From positions 194,255 to 258,254 of the forward strand of contig CAZBED010000003.1 of assembly GCA_964490845.1 (NCBI GenBank): a stretch of 64,000 nucleotides of DNA, written 5' to 3'. Made by a program: the position numbers and the translations under genes. This stretch comes from an uncultured Chitinophagales bacterium. GTDB lineage: Bacteria; Bacteroidota; Bacteroidia; Chitinophagales; JADIYW01. Shown one piece after another: positions 63,853 to 64,000 of this stretch; position 1 is the stretch's first letter, and every line of letters starts with the position of its first letter. Below the pieces are notes generated by a model. That model ran no database searches and was not told where the DNA came from. It worked only from the letters and a program-made list of their open reading frames with translations.

Positions 63853-63999
63853 TCAGTAGGCTGTCTTATCGGTTTTATTCCCCCATGCTTCAAATATTTT
63901 CAGAGCATGCTGTCTGCCCAATGGCAGCATAGGAATTTTACGATGATTCAGGTCTATCGTTATTTCATCATAAATAAAGGAATCATCAAACCCAATAGC
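63853..63999 (-). CDS. 3' end of an unidentified CDS (partial; starts beyond the window end)
   Basis: Minus-strand frame open from the window edge to TGA (reverse complement of 63853-63855): AIGFDDSFIYDEITIDLNHRKIPMLPLGRQHALKIFEAWGNKTDKTAY*. Too short to appear in the ORF track. Confidence 0.3.
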   Translation of the reverse strand, partial: AIGFDDSFIYDEITIDLNHRKIPMLPLGRQHALKIFEAWGNKTDKTAY

Positions 64000-64000
64000 T

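Noticed and set aside
63708-63893. 61-aa minus-strand ORF and 60-aa plus-strand ORF (63677-63859) at the TRIC gene's 3' end
   Set aside because: Both overlap the well-supported TRIC-family gene in other frames. The only plausible extra coding sequence here is the partial minus-strand frame at 63853-63999.

Overview
This looks like a Bacteroidota chromosomal window. Supporting evidence: a SusC/SusD pair, a T9SS type-B sorting domain, an F-type ATPase operon atpBEFHAG without atpDC, and TAnnTTTG -7 promoter boxes very close to start codons. Most of it is housekeeping or envelope genes: rluB, scpB, the atp operon, a four-gene SusCD locus, a futalosine-type radical SAM enzyme, an M16 peptidase pair, a dut-TPR-DUF4292-M23-LptC-like-CNNM-PpiD-DUF2480 block, thiL, DinB, TspO and TRIC. 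Five things stand out as accessory or unusual. (1) A roughly 5.4-kb, visibly AT-rich integrative element sits at the 3' end of tRNA-Phe(GAA) (about 37.40-42.79 kb). It is bounded by a 36-bp imperfect direct repeat. It encodes a tyrosine integrase, an HTH/excisionase-like protein, a gene-II/Rep-like protein and three ORFs I cannot place, and it carries several internal repeat sets. (2) Directly on the other side of the tRNA lie a GT2 enzyme and two very large polytopic membrane proteins, probably a polyprenyl-phosphate-sugar-dependent extracytoplasmic glycosylation module. (3) An MntA/HepT toxin-antitoxin pair is present. (4) An apparent operon encodes a double CbbX-type AAA+ ATPase with a duplicated N-terminal domain, a DUF3089-like serine hydrolase and a roughly 2050-aa alpha-2-macroglobulin carrying a CxEQ thioester motif. 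(5) A family of REP-like hairpin repeats occurs as inverted pairs in three intergenic regions, two of them inside larger nested palindromes. I saw no rRNA, CRISPR array or transposase. All family assignments come from motif recognition by eye, with no database search.
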